From Octopus bimaculoides (lineage: Eukaryota): a stretch of 63,658 nucleotides of DNA. Each line of letters begins with the position of its first letter. The first letter of the stretch is position 1. The translations under genes were made by a program, and so were the position numbers. The stretch is taken from NCBI RefSeq assembly GCF_001194135.2, contig NC_068989.1, positions 38,771,543-38,835,200 of the forward strand. The letters are read 5' to 3'. Below the pieces are notes generated by a model, which was not told the DNA's origin, did not search any database, and saw only the letters and a program-made list of their open reading frames with translations. Of this stretch, positions 1-13,244 are shown piece after piece.

Positions 1-57
1 GGGATACATTGTCTGCAAGTTGTTGGGTTCAGCATATTATCCTCCATTTTCTAATTG

Positions 58-94
<37 letters not shown>

Positions 95-494
95 GGGCTT
101 CTTTCAGTTTCTGTCTACCAAATTCACTCACAGGGCCTTGCCATACAGTAGGACTGAACCCAGAACCATGTGCTTGGGAAGCAAGCTTCTAACCACACAG
201 TCATTCCTGCACCTATAAACTCACACACACACACATCATGTTTAGCTATGGGGGAAATATTACTTTCCTTGGAAACATGTAAGAAATGACAAGAAGTGTC
301 TGGCTATTGAAAAATCTGCCTCAAAAAGCTCTGTCCAACATATGCAAGCATGAAAAGTGGACATTGAAATGTTGGTGAGGACATATGTGTGTGTGTGTGT
401 GTGGTTGCATGTATGTAAGCAGGTATTTAGATTGGTTCAAATGTGTTCTGAACATATTTAACTTGTAAAAAAGGCAGCTTTCACTGCAGCTTAC

Positions 495-560
495 CATTGA
501 GAAAAATGTTTGCTTTATGCAGTAGGTGTTAAAAACACCAGCAGTCATTTCACAACGTTT
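495..560 (-). CDS. Candidate 66-nt exon of an unidentified minus-strand gene
   Basis: ctgttctaccag|...ATG|gtaagc; only phase 0 is open: KRCEMTAGVFNTYCIKQTFFSM. No recognisable homology. Confidence 0.33.
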
Positions 561-877
561 CTGGTAGAACAGTGAATGCATTTGTAATTACTTGACTATC
601 ATCAGCACTATGTGTCACAGCAGTAACAACCCTGATATGATTCTGGAAGTCCTTGCTTCCTTATAGAAAATCAGTGTCGAAACATGAACTGATTAAATAT
701 GACATAAGACTGGTTAGGACAAAATATTGTAATAGGCATGTGAAAGCATCGATCAATTCAAATATGTTTGTGATATATTTGACTTCAAAAATGCTACCTT
801 CACTGCAGTTTGATATCAAGAAAAATACTCACTTCAGGCATTAGTTATTAAAAGCACCAACAGTAATTTTAGGGCAC

Positions 878-933
878 CTGCTTGTGTAATGGTGAATACA
901 TCTCAGTTGTTGCCACTGAGTGGACTGGAACAC
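878..933 (-). CDS. Candidate 56-nt exon (same putative gene)
   Basis: cctaaatttccag|...CAG|gtgccc (weak donor); phase 1 to 0: (G)VPVHSVATTEMYSPLHKQ. Confidence 0.22.
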
Positions 934-1034
934 CTGGAAATTTAGGGCCTTTCATGAGGATGCAGTATGCCTACAGAAGTAGACCCAACATTATGATCAT
1001 AGAGCATAGTAACTGGCCCTTAAGCCTCATGCCT

Positions 1035-1065
<31 letters not shown>

Positions 1066-1102
1066 NNNNNNNNNNNNNNNTATATATATTTATATATATA
1101 TT

Positions 1103-1152
<50 letters not shown>

Positions 1153-1789
1153 CAAATATGCACATTTTAGGATTAACTTTCAAAGGGACATAATATTACC
1201 ACTTAAAATAAAGTAGTTCTTCAATCCCTGAAGATCTATACTGTGGAACAAAATATCTTTTGGTGGCCACAACATTTCATTAAGACATATTTGAATGCAA
1301 ATATTTCCTCTGTTAATGTCTCTCTTTATCTCTCATCTCATCCCTTTGTATCTGTCTTGTTTTGTCTATCCCATTCTTTTTCTCATACACAAACACCGCA
1401 CATATACATATAGTATCTCAAATTTAATAGAAGTAGCAATTTAGAATTTTTTCAGTCATGACTTCCCAAAGGACAAAGTAATGTAGATAAGATTTTTTTA
1501 AACTTTGAATTGCAACAACAAAAATCAACATAAAACATGAGCTCATCAGGAGCTTACAACTATGCAAATAGGTTCACTCTTCAAATGTATTTTCATGCAC
1601 ATTCATCTTCATAGACACACAGAGTTACAAAATTGATTACAAGACAAAAAGTAATACAAACACTTTTGAGCATGGAAATAATTTTTAAATACCTACAGTA
1701 CAATATGCATTATTCTCATAGCTATGGTTGATGATAGTTCAAACTATATAAAAGTAAGCTCTCAAATTTAAAGTCAGTTTGATCCATAC

Positions 1790-1836
1790 CATGCACAAAA
1801 CTCTTGGTCCTTGAGTCACATTTTAACTTCTGCCAA
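1790..1836 (-). CDS. Candidate 47-nt exon (same putative gene)
   Basis: ctaattatttttag|...G|gtatgg; only the phase-2 frame is open: WQKLKCDSRTKSFVH. Confidence 0.28.
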
Positions 1837-2381
1837 CTAAAAATAATTAGCTATATGAAATAGCAATCTCTGTACCATATCTATTGTATACACACAACTC
1901 AAAAGTATGATGATGTAGTTTTTATTGGAAGGATATCTCTTCATATACATGTTTAAAACACAATATACATTAGAATAATGTGAATATCAACCCAGCAATG
2001 ACTCATGAGAATGTCAGATACATTTCAGCCTTTTTTGGGCCTTGTAAATGATGTGTAGTCAGTCACCACATGCCTTGATAAAATTTGTTCCTTCCAAAAT
2101 ATAGCAAACAGTAAATAATACATTCACAGATACTGAGTCACTTCTAGGATAACGTTCACTTCATTTTGACATATATTATGTTGGAAATATATGTCTAGGA
2201 AAAAAACTTTTCTCTTAGACAAAAAACCACAGCATTATACCTTTCATTGGTGTATACATATTAAGTATTAGACATGGATGACTGATTTAATTTAATGCTG
2301 CTTTCATTGTGTACAACAAATAATGTGTGCGTGTGTGCACACATGCATGTGATTGTGAATATATATATGTATATATCTCAC

Positions 2382-2440
2382 CATAGAAAAGCTGCCTTCT
2401 CCTCAGTTTTGTTAAAACTAATTAGAATTTCCTCTAGTTT
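2382..2440 (-). CDS. Candidate 59-nt exon (same putative gene)
   Basis: tctttctcctag|...TG|gtgaga; phase 0 to 2: KLEEILISFNKTEEKAAFL(C). Confidence 0.33.
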
Positions 2441-2699
2441 CTAGGAGAAAGATACTCTAGCATAAAACTTGCAGTCAAAATAGTACGGTCATCTTGTAAT
2501 GCTGGTCACTGGAACCTACAATGGTCATTGAAAGAGTTGCAAAAGTGCTGTACAAGTTTTTATCACTTAAATCCAATGACATACAGATGTCTCATTAATG
2601 TAAAACAGCTATCATCTGACAAGATGAGGCACTCGTCACAAACACACACACACATATTGGGTAAAAGGGTAGAGACCCACCCCCCTTGGTCATGAATGA

Positions 2700-2992
2700 C
2701 CATGAGATTACACCTAGAAAGTTCCCTTCCGAGGCACAAGTCTGGGCAAGGTTGTTTGTGGAAGACCATGCATACCAGCCTTCCTTCTTCATGCCCCCAA
2801 TTTTATCCAAGGGAACGGTAAAGGTTGATACAGCTTGGTACAGTGATGCTGCAACTCATTTATACAGCTGAATGAACTGGAATGACATGAAATAAAGCAT
2901 TTTCTCAAGAACATAACATGCAACCTAGTCTAGGAATTGAACTTACAACCTCATGATTATGAGGCAGATGCTCTAACCACTGAGCCATGTGC
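2700..2992 (-). mobile_element. tRNA-type SINE (third family); a similar copy at about 27050-27190
   Basis: Reverse complement gives a head with an A-box-like atggctcagtggttagagc and a B-box-like aagttcaattcc. Confidence 0.6.
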
Positions 2993-4962
2993 TTTTTGGG
3001 GTTGAAAATGCACCCAAGTCTTAAAATGAGTTGTAGTTTTAAATATTTTGCTGTTCAATGGTTAATAAAAAAAATTTAAGAGAGACTGAAGGTAGTAGAG
3101 AAAATTCAGTAGAACATGCTTAAAGAAATCAAATGCTTAAACAAATTCTAATGTTTAATAAATTTCACAGTGATAGAGAAGAATAAATATTCAAATGTTT
3201 GGTCATATGTGATTGAGAATTCAGTCATCTTCAAAGAAGGAAGTTATATTAACAATGAGATACCATGAAGTTTTAAAAGGGTAAAAAAAAAAAAAGATAG
3301 AAAGAATATTTAAAAGATTTTGTCATTGTACATAAAGGAGAATTCTTTGTTGTTGGTTTTGTTGGGGAGAACGTGAGTTCTGATTGGTTATAAACTCAAT
3401 GATGTTAATTGTTCTCATCCACCTGTGGCTTTGTCTGTTGGCTGGGTGACTGTGTAAATATGTCATTTGTTTTTTAGATGTTCTGGTGACATATTTTGGT
3501 CTGCTTGGCTGACTTACTGGTAACATCATTTGTTTGCTAACTGCTTTGGTCACTTGTTTTTGATCAATAATAACTCAGTGCTCTGGCTGGTTGATTTTCT
3601 GCATATGTCATTTGGCTATCAAATACTTTGGTTACTTGTTTTTGACTGATGATTGTCCAATGTTCTTTTCCCGAGGGTCCAGTTTTGACCAGAAAAAAAT
3701 CTCATTGGTTAAGTCTAGGGTGACATCAAAGTGTTGAGAAAGTCTAAGTAAAGAATGATATAGTAGAAAAGAGGCCAAAGTTAATAGATCTAAGAAACGC
3801 AACTTATGCAGAGGAGAAAGATTGAGCATTCTTTTTAGATTCAAGAATTCCACCACATTACTGAAGTCTAGATCCAAAACTTTTAACAGGTGCAGACATT
3901 TGAACAAGTTTTTTTTTGTGTAGAACTGCAGGACACTGCCCACTTTGGATTGAGTCACTGTCTTGCAGACTTAGACCTCCTTTCTGTAATATCATTCTAC
4001 ACCAGCTATATCAATTATGATTTTTTACCATCAAAGAGGATGAAGATCTTGGATTTCTTACTTTTCTTTTCTTTCTTCTCATTCCACTTCTTGTATTAAC
4101 CTTCTCTGCATTAATTCGTCTCATTTATTCTTATTTTGTCATAGTCGAGAAGCCTGGTTTTAAATACATCTCATATATGAACTGAACCAGAAAGATTGCT
4201 TAGAGATAGATGGCTTGTTTTATAGACCTGCCAATTTAAAGTATTAGTAGGTCTTTTATAATTGTGTATTAAATTGTTTATCTCATCAAAAAGATGGAAT
4301 ACTTTTTTGTTGAGTTTGCCTATATCGGATCTGTAAACTATATATATGTATGAGTATGTATGTATGTATGATGATGATGATATATATATATATATATATT
4401 GGATCAAAACAGTTTGATTCAAACTCCTTGATACTCAGAATGTCAAGGAGTTTGAATCAAACTTTTTTGATTCATAAATGTATTTCCCAACAAATGTTTT
4501 GAATGCCCTTCTTTCATCTGTCTACTCACTTGTGTGTGTGTATATATATTTATATATATATATATATATATATAAACACACATGCAAGAATGTACATACA
4601 TATATCACTGTTAAATTATGTTGAACAAATGACAGAATAGTGTTTAAACATGTTTCAGAGTGAACAGCTCTTGAAACTAAATTTTTGTAAGATGACTTAA
4701 GATTCATGCAGCTTCAATTTTGCAAGTAATCTGCACTATTTTTATGTTTACATTTTTACATTTACAAGTGTTATTAAGTGTGCAATTATCTTTATTTCTG
4801 AAGTCACATAGGTTGCGTTGTAGGGGATAGTTACTTACTACTGGATTGGTGTATAAAGATGGATTATTAAGCAGTGTATCATGATTAATAGGGTTATTAT
4901 AATTGTTGGTATTATCATTACTATGTTTGGGGTGGTTATTGAGATTGTTATTATTGTTATTA

Positions 4963-5020
<58 letters not shown>

Positions 5021-5351
5021 TATTGATATTGTTATTATTGTTACTTCTATCTAAATAAAATGTATCTAATTTTTTTATTATTTAGAGAGGAAATAATGCT
5101 AGCTAAGTTATGTGTCAGACTATAGCCTATCTTTATTGTTTTACTATCAATAATTTCCGAGTACCTGGTATTCTTATCAAAGTGTTTATATTTAGTTATG
5201 ATTATTGATTTGACTAAATTAGTTTTAATTTGCATATCATACGAGAGTATAAGCCAATTACTATTTTTTTTCTCAATGTCCCTACCATACGACCCAGTTT
5301 TATTGCTGTTAGAATGACGAATGCTATCTTTATGCATATTTGTTTTTATCA

Positions 5352-6396
5352 TCTTGTCTATACTATAAATTGCAGTGTTCTTGATTGCTTGATTGATTGA
5401 TTGATTGATTGAGTGTCGGCACATTCACTCAAGAACGGTGCAGTGGAATCAATTGAAATTCAGCACGGAGCGGCAGCATGGTTCGCTGATGTTCAGGAGA
5501 TTTTTATTGGCCTCCAACTCCCATAGTTACCGAGATAATCGATTATTACTTTTTAAGATAAGAATATCCCATTCAAAGTGGGGAGGGGCGATTTTGTTGC
5601 CTTTCCCACGCGCGAAATTTTACGAAAACCCAGCACAATAAAGATTATTTTTTTCCAAGTAATGTGGCTGGGTTTGTTTTTCGAAAATTTTAATCAGAAT
5701 CACAGAAAAAAAATAATTTCAATTTTTTGTGCATTAAAAAAAAAAAAAGCTATAGCTTACGCTCTTTCTAATTACTATGTTTTTTTTAACTTCAGTTACA
5801 AATGTCTTCAAACGTCGACATTCAAACAGCTTTTCCATATTGAGACAAACNNNNNNNNNNNNNNNNNNNNNNNNNNNNNNNNNNNNNNNNNNNNNNNNNN
5901 NNNNNNNNNNNNNNNNNNNNNNNNNNNNNNNNNNNNNNNNNNNNNNNNNNNNNNNNNNNNNNNNNNNNNNNNNNNNNNNNNNNNNNNNNNNNNNNNNNNN
6001 NNNNNNNNNNNNNNNNNNNNNNNNNNNNNNNNNNNNNNNNNNNNNNNNNNNNNNNNNNNNNNNNNNNNNNNNNNNNNNNNNNNNNNNNNNNNNNNNNNNN
6101 NNNNNNNNNNNNNNNNNNNNNNNNNNNNNNNNNNNNNNNNNNNNNNNNNNNNNNNNNNNNNNNNNNNNNNNNNNNNNNTACATGGGGCTATGGGTACACA
6201 CGTGAAGTTAGTTTTACAATATCGACCCGCAAAATCCTTAGCATCGTATTGTTTTTGGGTTGCTCTTACATTTTTTTTGTTTTTGGAATTTTTGTTTTTT
6301 TATTTTTAGTTCTTTTTATTATTCAAAATATACATAGGAAATAGCCTTTAACCAAACCCACCACACTGCCCGAGTGAAACCTGGAAAAACAGCTAG
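5352..6396 (+). mobile_element. Non-autonomous Helitron (contains assembly gap 5851-6178)
   Basis: 5' TC(TTGTCTATACTATAAA) followed by a (GATT)n tract. 3' imperfect hairpin CCGAGTGAAACCTGG (6370-6384) then CTAG (6393-6396). Inserted between A5351 and T6397 with no TSD. CpG-rich compared with the flanks, suggesting a young copy. Confidence 0.8.
5851..6178. other. Assembly gap (others at 1066-1080, 8696-8811, 57421-57430, 58067-58107)
   Basis: Runs of N. Confidence 1.
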
Positions 6397-9097
6397 TTGT
6401 CTATGTTATACACGTTAGTCCCTCCATTGGTGCTGCTGCTATTAGGTTTCTGCTTATGATATTTTATTTTGTTGTTGTTGACATTATGATTAGTGTTATT
6501 GTTGGCATTATTTGTACTACATTTCATTCTCATTGTTTTATTATTATTATTATTGTTATTATAATTGTTGTTGCAATTTATATTCTTGTTAATGTTCAGG
6601 ACGATAGGTTTCTGTACTTTATTGCCTAATTCAGGTAAATTTCTATATTCTTTATTATTACTATTGATGCTATCAATATTATTACTAGTCAATATATTAT
6701 CATATGGAATATATCTAATTCTACTTTTATATCCTGCATTTTTACTGCTTTGTATTGTTCTTTATGTTTATTGAATAAATCTTCATTAGAAGAGAGATAA
6801 GAAATTCTTTTACTAATGCTTTTTATAAGAGCCTTTTTTATCGATTGTGGATGATTACTAATAGAGTGTATACATTTTAAGTTAGAGTTTGCTTTCATGC
6901 TAGGTTCATGGAATCCCGTATTTAAATTACAGTTAATGTCTAGGTAGTTAATTGAATAGTTTTCATTCTCTATAGTGATAGAAAGGCTAGATCTATTGAA
7001 AAATTTGTACACACATTTTTTAAGTAGTTCTAGACGTCTATTAGAGGTATTTCTAATTATACAAAGTCCACCATCACTGTAAAATCCCCCTCCAAATTCT
7101 GGGAATTCCTTATGTAGGTCATCTAATAGATATATTCCCACTAGGTTAGTCACTTCCGCTTGCCTACATTTTATTATCAAATTCAGTAATAGATTTTTGG
7201 GTTGTGAGGATTACATTGATTTTTTTCATGCTGATCTTAGTGTGGTTTTTAGCAAAAATAAGGGCAGTATTTAAGATAATAGGGTTTATAGAAGAGTAGT
7301 AATTTTGAATATCTCTATGTAAAAGTTTGTTTATCCTTATATTTTATATTAGATAACCAACCTGTTGCATTTTGGGTATTAGTCCATAATTCAAGTTTAA
7401 TCTTTTTTCCTAAGGATAGGTATGTACTTATCTAAAATTGCTTTGCTAAGTTTTCCTAAATCTGATTTATTGGGGCAAATTAGTCTAACCTGGGTGTTAC
7501 TTAAGAAGTTATCCCTATCGTTCCTAATTGTAAGGCAAAGTATAATAGGTGTAAAAGGTTCTGTTCTATCATCTGTATTGTAATCAGTCATAATTTTCTT
7601 AGCGTCTGAGTTGATTGTTTTAAGAGTGCTTCTAGGAACTACTTTATATTTTTTTGTGATTTCTCTGTGGATGAGTTCATGGTAAGTATTTATGTCCATG
7701 TTATAAGTGTTTATGGCTTTGTCTGAATGTACTATTATTCTTCTCTTAGATTTTAATTTGAGAATCAGGTTCTTCAGCTTCCTCTGGTGTTCATTGCACC
7801 TAAGGGGTGTTTTTAAAACTTATTGATCTTAAAAGAGGACCTGAGTTCTAGTTCAAATGCATAAGGTAGCTGTTTGGTGGTGGCGTTCTTCTGGTTCTGA
7901 AAATTCCAGTAAAGTCCTTATCACCCATGGTGTTGGTGTTGGGATAAGTTAGTTCATGCTCCCGGTCATAGTAGTAGGCTTTCCAACGTAGCCTATTGGT
8001 GAATTCACTGATTTTAAATATTAGTTAACATAGATGTTCTTAGGAAGGATAGGAATATCCTTTAGGGATGAGTCAATCTGTATATTCTCCATTTTACCAG
8101 TAGTATTCATTTTAAATACTTATTTATGTTATCTAGTTAAGTAATTACTAAAAAGTAATTTACAAACTAGTAAATAAATAAGAAATAGACGATGTATATA
8201 TTATAGATGATGTATCTTCACCCCTTCTTTTTTTATTATCTATCCATCCTATCCCCCACCGTACAAAGGATTTATCCACCAATAGCTATTTTTGCTTTAG
8301 TCATTTACTTAACATCCCAAAGATACACACAAACAAAATGGTATGATTAGAATCATATTCAACTTTTCTCTATTTCTTCTCTATGCTCTTTTTCTTTATT
8401 TATTCTTCATGCTGATGAAGCTCCATATTCCAGATTGGTTTTATTACCAAATATGATAAATATTTTTAGTATATCAGTGGCAAAACCATACAACATTGAA
8501 AGCAGAAACAGCTGTTAGATGGGATGCAGTCTATTTGTCTTGAATTAATAAATAATAATTGATGTAAGTCAAATGTTGTTCATCAATAATTTCTCCATTT
8601 TCTATTTTCTCTATATAGATATATATACACTTGCACATATATATACATATATAAACACACACACGTATATATATACATACTGATATATATATATANNNNN
8701 NNNNNNNNNNNNNNNNNNNNNNNNNNNNNNNNNNNNNNNNNNNNNNNNNNNNNNNNNNNNNNNNNNNNNNNNNNNNNNNNNNNNNNNNNNNNNNNNNNNN
8801 NNNNNNNNNNNTATATATAAAACATATAGATATATATGTGTGTGCATGTATATATATATATTTGTGTGTGTGTGTTTGTGTTAGAGGATATTTCTTTTAC
8901 TAAATGACATCTCTGAACCATAGTCAGAAAGTCTTTACATAGTCATTTTGGTTATTTGTGTATATGGTTCAATATAAATCGCTGCCACTTAGCTAATCTT
9001 TAAAAGCTATATAACTCCTAAATACACACATCCAAATGTATTTATATATGTATATATATATGAATGTAAATATGTGTTAAACTGGGATCACATAGAC

Positions 9098-9141
<44 letters not shown>

Positions 9142-9679
9142 GAGAGAGAAAGTGAGATTTCTTGAGAGAAATAGATGTATGATGGTTTAATGAAGACTAA
9201 GTGGTTTCCATTCAAAACTTTGTCTGGTGACAATGCTTCTGCCATTATTTACTTTACTTGTTGAATAGCACAGATTTCTCTCATATCACACACACACACA
9301 CACACTCACACACCTCTACTGAATCTTTCCCACACACTCACACACATTAACTCATACATAATTGCATTAAGCCCGTATGTTTTATCCTAATGTTTACTAC
9401 TGTATTTATAGTTCCATCTCTCATAGCTTAACCTATAAGCACTTAATTGAATACTATGTAATACTAGTACATAATACCAGGACCGCCATCAGCATATGCT
9501 CATAATCATAATCACCATCGCCATTATCTCCATCATTCAGGTATAGCCAAGGGATATTAGATTAAGCAATTTTGTCTATTCTATTTGTTTTGTTGAAAAG
9601 TTATGCTAGCAGTAACAGAAATTAGCACTACCTTGAGATATGCTCTATTACTACTTCCTGCACGTGCACATACAAGCTT

Positions 9680-9718
<39 letters not shown>

Positions 9719-9800
9719 TGATTGGGAATGCATGCGTGTGTATGCATGCATGCAAGATCTAGTATTAGAGCATATCCTAAGATAAGACTAACTTCTATCA

Positions 9801-10565
9801 TATCATCATCATCATCATCATCATCATTTAACGTCCACCTTTCATGCTGGCATAGGTTGGACGGTTTGACTGAGGACTGGTGAGCCAGGTGGCTACACCA
9901 GCCTCCAATCTGATCTGGCAGAGTTTCTACAGCTGGATGCCCTTCCTAATGCCAACCACTCCGAGAGTGTAGTGGGTGTTTTTACATGCCACTGGCATGA
10001 GGGCCAGTTAGACAGTACTGGCAATGGCCACGCTCAAATGGTGTTTTTATGTGCCACCTGCACAGAAGCCAGTCCAGCGGCACTGGCAATGACCTCACAT
10101 GAATGTTGTTTTTTGCATGCCACCGGTACAAGTGCCAGTAAGGTCACACCGGTAACGATCATGCTCTAATGGTGCTTTTTATATGTCACCAGCATGAGAG
10201 CCAGTCAGTGGCCTTGGCAACGATCACCCTCAGATGGTGCTCTTAGTGCTCCACTGGCACGGATGCCAGTCAAACGGTGCTGTCATTGATTTTGATTTCG
10301 ATTACGATTTCACTTGCCTCAACAAGCAGAGTGTAGTGTCCAATGAAGTAAAGGTATACATAAGTGGACTGGATACACCGCTGGCATAGGCCACAGGTTA
10401 TGGCCTGACTTGGCTTGCCGGGTCTCCTCAAGCACAGCATATTTCCAAAGGTCTCGATCACTAGTCATTGCCTTAGTGAGGCCTAGTGTTCGAAGGTCGT
10501 GTTTCACCACCTCATCCAAGGTCTTCCTGGGTCTACCTCTTCCACAGGTTCCCCCAACCACTAGG
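9801..10565 (-). mobile_element. RTE-clade LINE 3' fragment with long repeat-containing 3' UTR and (TGA)n tail
   Basis: ORF 10319-10561 GGTCGRGRPRKTLDEVVKHDLRTLGLTKAMTSDRDLWKYAV (RTE C-terminus). The UTR carries ttgccagt-type subrepeats, and (CAT)n on the + strand at 9801-9826 is the tail. Confidence 0.85.
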
Positions 10566-10573
10566 GTGTGACA

Positions 10574-10609
<36 letters not shown>

Positions 10610-10859
10610 GGGGGGGGGGTGTAAGTCATCATTATCATCATTGTTTTGTATCTGCTTTCTATGCTAGTATGAGTTACTGGTTTGTTATTGCTCTTCTGGA
10701 TGGGTCAAAGGATCTCATCTCTGGTGTAAACGTCAGTATGCACCTTCCACTTTTTGTATTCTTTCTTCTTACTGCTGGGTGGCCTTCCAAACACCAACCA
10801 CCTTATAAACTACTGGGTGCATTTTATCATTACACCAAAATGTAATGTTGTCATCTCTT

Positions 10860-12540
10860 CCTGACCCTACATTAGGGGTCAGGAAGGGTGGTAGGAAAGT
10901 GTGAAGTAATGATCGATAGTAAGGTGGGTGAGAATAAATGGTGAGAATGAATGATGAATGACAATACCAAATGCCTTGGCAAGAATAAGAAAGTACAGGA
11001 AAAAATAATGGTAAAGTGTATGAAGTACATGCAAATATGATGAGGTTCCCTATGCATATGGCCTGAAATAGGCAAGAGTGTTAAGGTGATAAAGATCAGA
11101 AGTAAGGAGTTGAATGTTGGAGGGATAAGAAGATTAGCTAGGTCAGGTGCATCTGAAAGTATGGTATGGTGAGTAGCAGAAATCCACTGCCAACACCACT
11201 ATAACAATGTGAAACTGAAATGAAGAAAGAGATGTTAAAAGATGGACAACAAAAGTTTGGGCAAACATGTATTGGGAAAAGAGAAGACAGCATTAGTATG
11301 GAGGAGAATAGCTGTAAATGGAATATGCAGAAGAGGTGACTGAAGAAGATATAGGATGAACTGGGGAAGATAGATATGAAGTTGTTGTATGGAAATGGAT
11401 TAAAAAATATAGTCTCTGGACAACAGATAGAAGGCAAATTTTGCTTAAATCAAATAGCTATAGTTATGTTCACACAGATAAATTCTTCCTATTTAAATGG
11501 AAAATACCATTTATTTAAGATCAACAGCCCAACACCTAACAGAACCATCAGGCAACTTCTTTTAATTTCTCATTTCTTTCAACCTTCAAAGCATTTACAC
11601 TGTACTATATACATAGAACCAATACACTTTGTATATCAACACCATTATTGTACAAAACTGCTACCACTTGATCCATTAGCAAATCCTTTTTACCAGTATA
11701 CACATACATTCACATATATATGGCATTGTGCCTACATAAGAAATACACACACACCTAATCATCCCATTATCATCGTCATCATCACTTAACATCCACTTTC
11801 CATTGTAGTGTGGGTTGGATTGTTTGACATGAGCTGGTAGACCAGAGGGCTGTGCCATGCTCTATTGTTTGTTTTTTCATGATTTCTACAGTTGGATACC
11901 CTTCCTCATGTCATACCCTTTATAGGGTGTCTAGTTGGAATTTTTATGCCCCCAGTACTGGTTGAGTCACCTAGTAACCTGCAAGACAAAGTTCCCTTGA
12001 CTTGGACCAGTTAGTATTTAGGGAGGTGGCTCTGTGCTAGTTGATGAGAAGCTAAAAGAATAATTGTGGGATAAAGATAGGTGTTTTGCTGTGGAAGAGA
12101 TACAGTTACAATCCAGTTTAAAAAACAAAGGAGAAAGATTTAGAAGAAAAGATAGAAACAGAGAGTGAGAGAGGTGATAGTTGATATTTGTCAGACATAT
12201 TTTCAAGGTATAGTGGATGGGGACTGAATATAGGTGAAGTGATACAGAGGATTGGACTGGGCAAGTGAGCAACCCTTGGACAAAGAGGAAAGTTTCATAA
12301 GAATGTGAGGAGAGATGGTTAGAAATGGGATAGAGGTGACTGTGGTAATTGATGGTGAGAGATATAGGAGTGGCTTAAGGGATGGATTATGTTAGGTATT
12401 TGAGGTCGTTGGGAGTGATAGCAGATAAGAGGCTTTAAGGATGAAGTATAGTAAAAGGAAGAGGGCATGACTTGAGGAAGATAATGAGGAATAGTAGTGG
12501 TTCTGTTCAGGTATGAGGCCACAAATATGATGAAAGGTAG
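10860..12540 (-). mobile_element. Very old LINE-like remnant in two blocks (10860-11450, 11990-12540)
   Basis: Long purine-rich + strand tracts with coding-like texture on the - strand; no diagnostic motif recovered. Confidence 0.25.
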
Positions 12541-12554
12541 CAGTCAATTATATT

Positions 12555-12730
12555 ATCATCATCATCATTTAATGTCCACTTTCGATGCTGGCAAAGGCTG
12601 GATGGCTTGACATGAAGCTGACCAGCTGGGCTTCAATCATCTATTTTGGCAGGTTTTCTAAGCTGGATGCCCTTCCTAATGCCAACCACTTAACAGAGTA
12701 TGCTGGGTACTTTTTACATACCGCTGGCTT
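12555..12730 (-). mobile_element. Short RTE-tail fragment (a similar one lies at 11770-11960)
   Basis: catcatcatttaatgtccactttcgatgctggc...ggatgcccttcctaatgccaaccac, shared with the other RTE tails. Confidence 0.7.
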
Positions 12731-12765
12731 GATATAATAAATTTATATATGTGTAATGTATTTAT

Positions 12766-12817
<52 letters not shown>

Positions 12818-13244
12818 GTATAGGTGCAAGCATAGATGTGTGGTTAAGAAGTCACTTTCTAGCCATATAATTTGCCCAAGGTACCATTGCTTGATACCTT
12901 GGGCAAATTCTTTCTACTGAACCAACCAAAACCATGACAATTTGAGAGATGAAACTGAGAGCCCATAAGCGTGTGTTTGAGTTTCCTTGTCTTGATATGT
13001 GATAATTGCAAGCAAGTAATACCACCATACAGTCGATACGATTCATTTCCAACCTTCCTTGAAAATATATCTGGCCACGGAGAAGTATATTCTTGCTTGG
13101 AAACAGATGAGATTTGGCAAAAGGGAAAACTATTTGGCTATAGGAGATCTGCCTCAATGAATTCCACCTGATACATGCAGGCAAGTATAAGTGGATATCA
13201 AAATGTTAATGGCGCATGTGTGCATGCACACACACACACACACA

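Larger units (their letters stand above)
4700..8110 (-). mobile_element. Penelope-like retroelement (Naiad-type RT motifs), near full-length ORF, inactivated and interrupted by a Helitron
   Basis: Minus-strand fragments in the expected order: ATG at 8110 MNTTGKMENIQIDSSLKDIPILPK; KISEFTNRLRWKAYYY; NDRDNFLSNTQVRLICPNKSDLGKLSKAILDK (7397-7699); DIQNYYSSINPIILNTALIFAK; AEVTNLVGIYLL..GFYSDGGL..INYLDINCNLNTG..SNHPQSIKK..SISKRISYLSSNEDLFNK (6689-7180); KKNSNW..KTNLVK..KHF..KTIKIGYSLTHNLASIISSLNNKKI (5047-5330); Cys motif CDFRNKDNCTLNNTC (about 4760-4810). Stops, frameshifts, YRDD changed to YSDG, and no clear GIY-YIG remains. Confidence 0.88.

Noticed and set aside
5578-6309. Longest ORF in the track (243 aa)
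   Set aside because: It runs through an N gap inside the Helitron; an artefact.
4700-8110. Selenocysteine recoding, reported for some Naiad-clade elements
   Set aside because: The Cys-motif codons here are TGT/TGC, most stops I read are TAA/TAG from decay, and I could not identify a SECIS.
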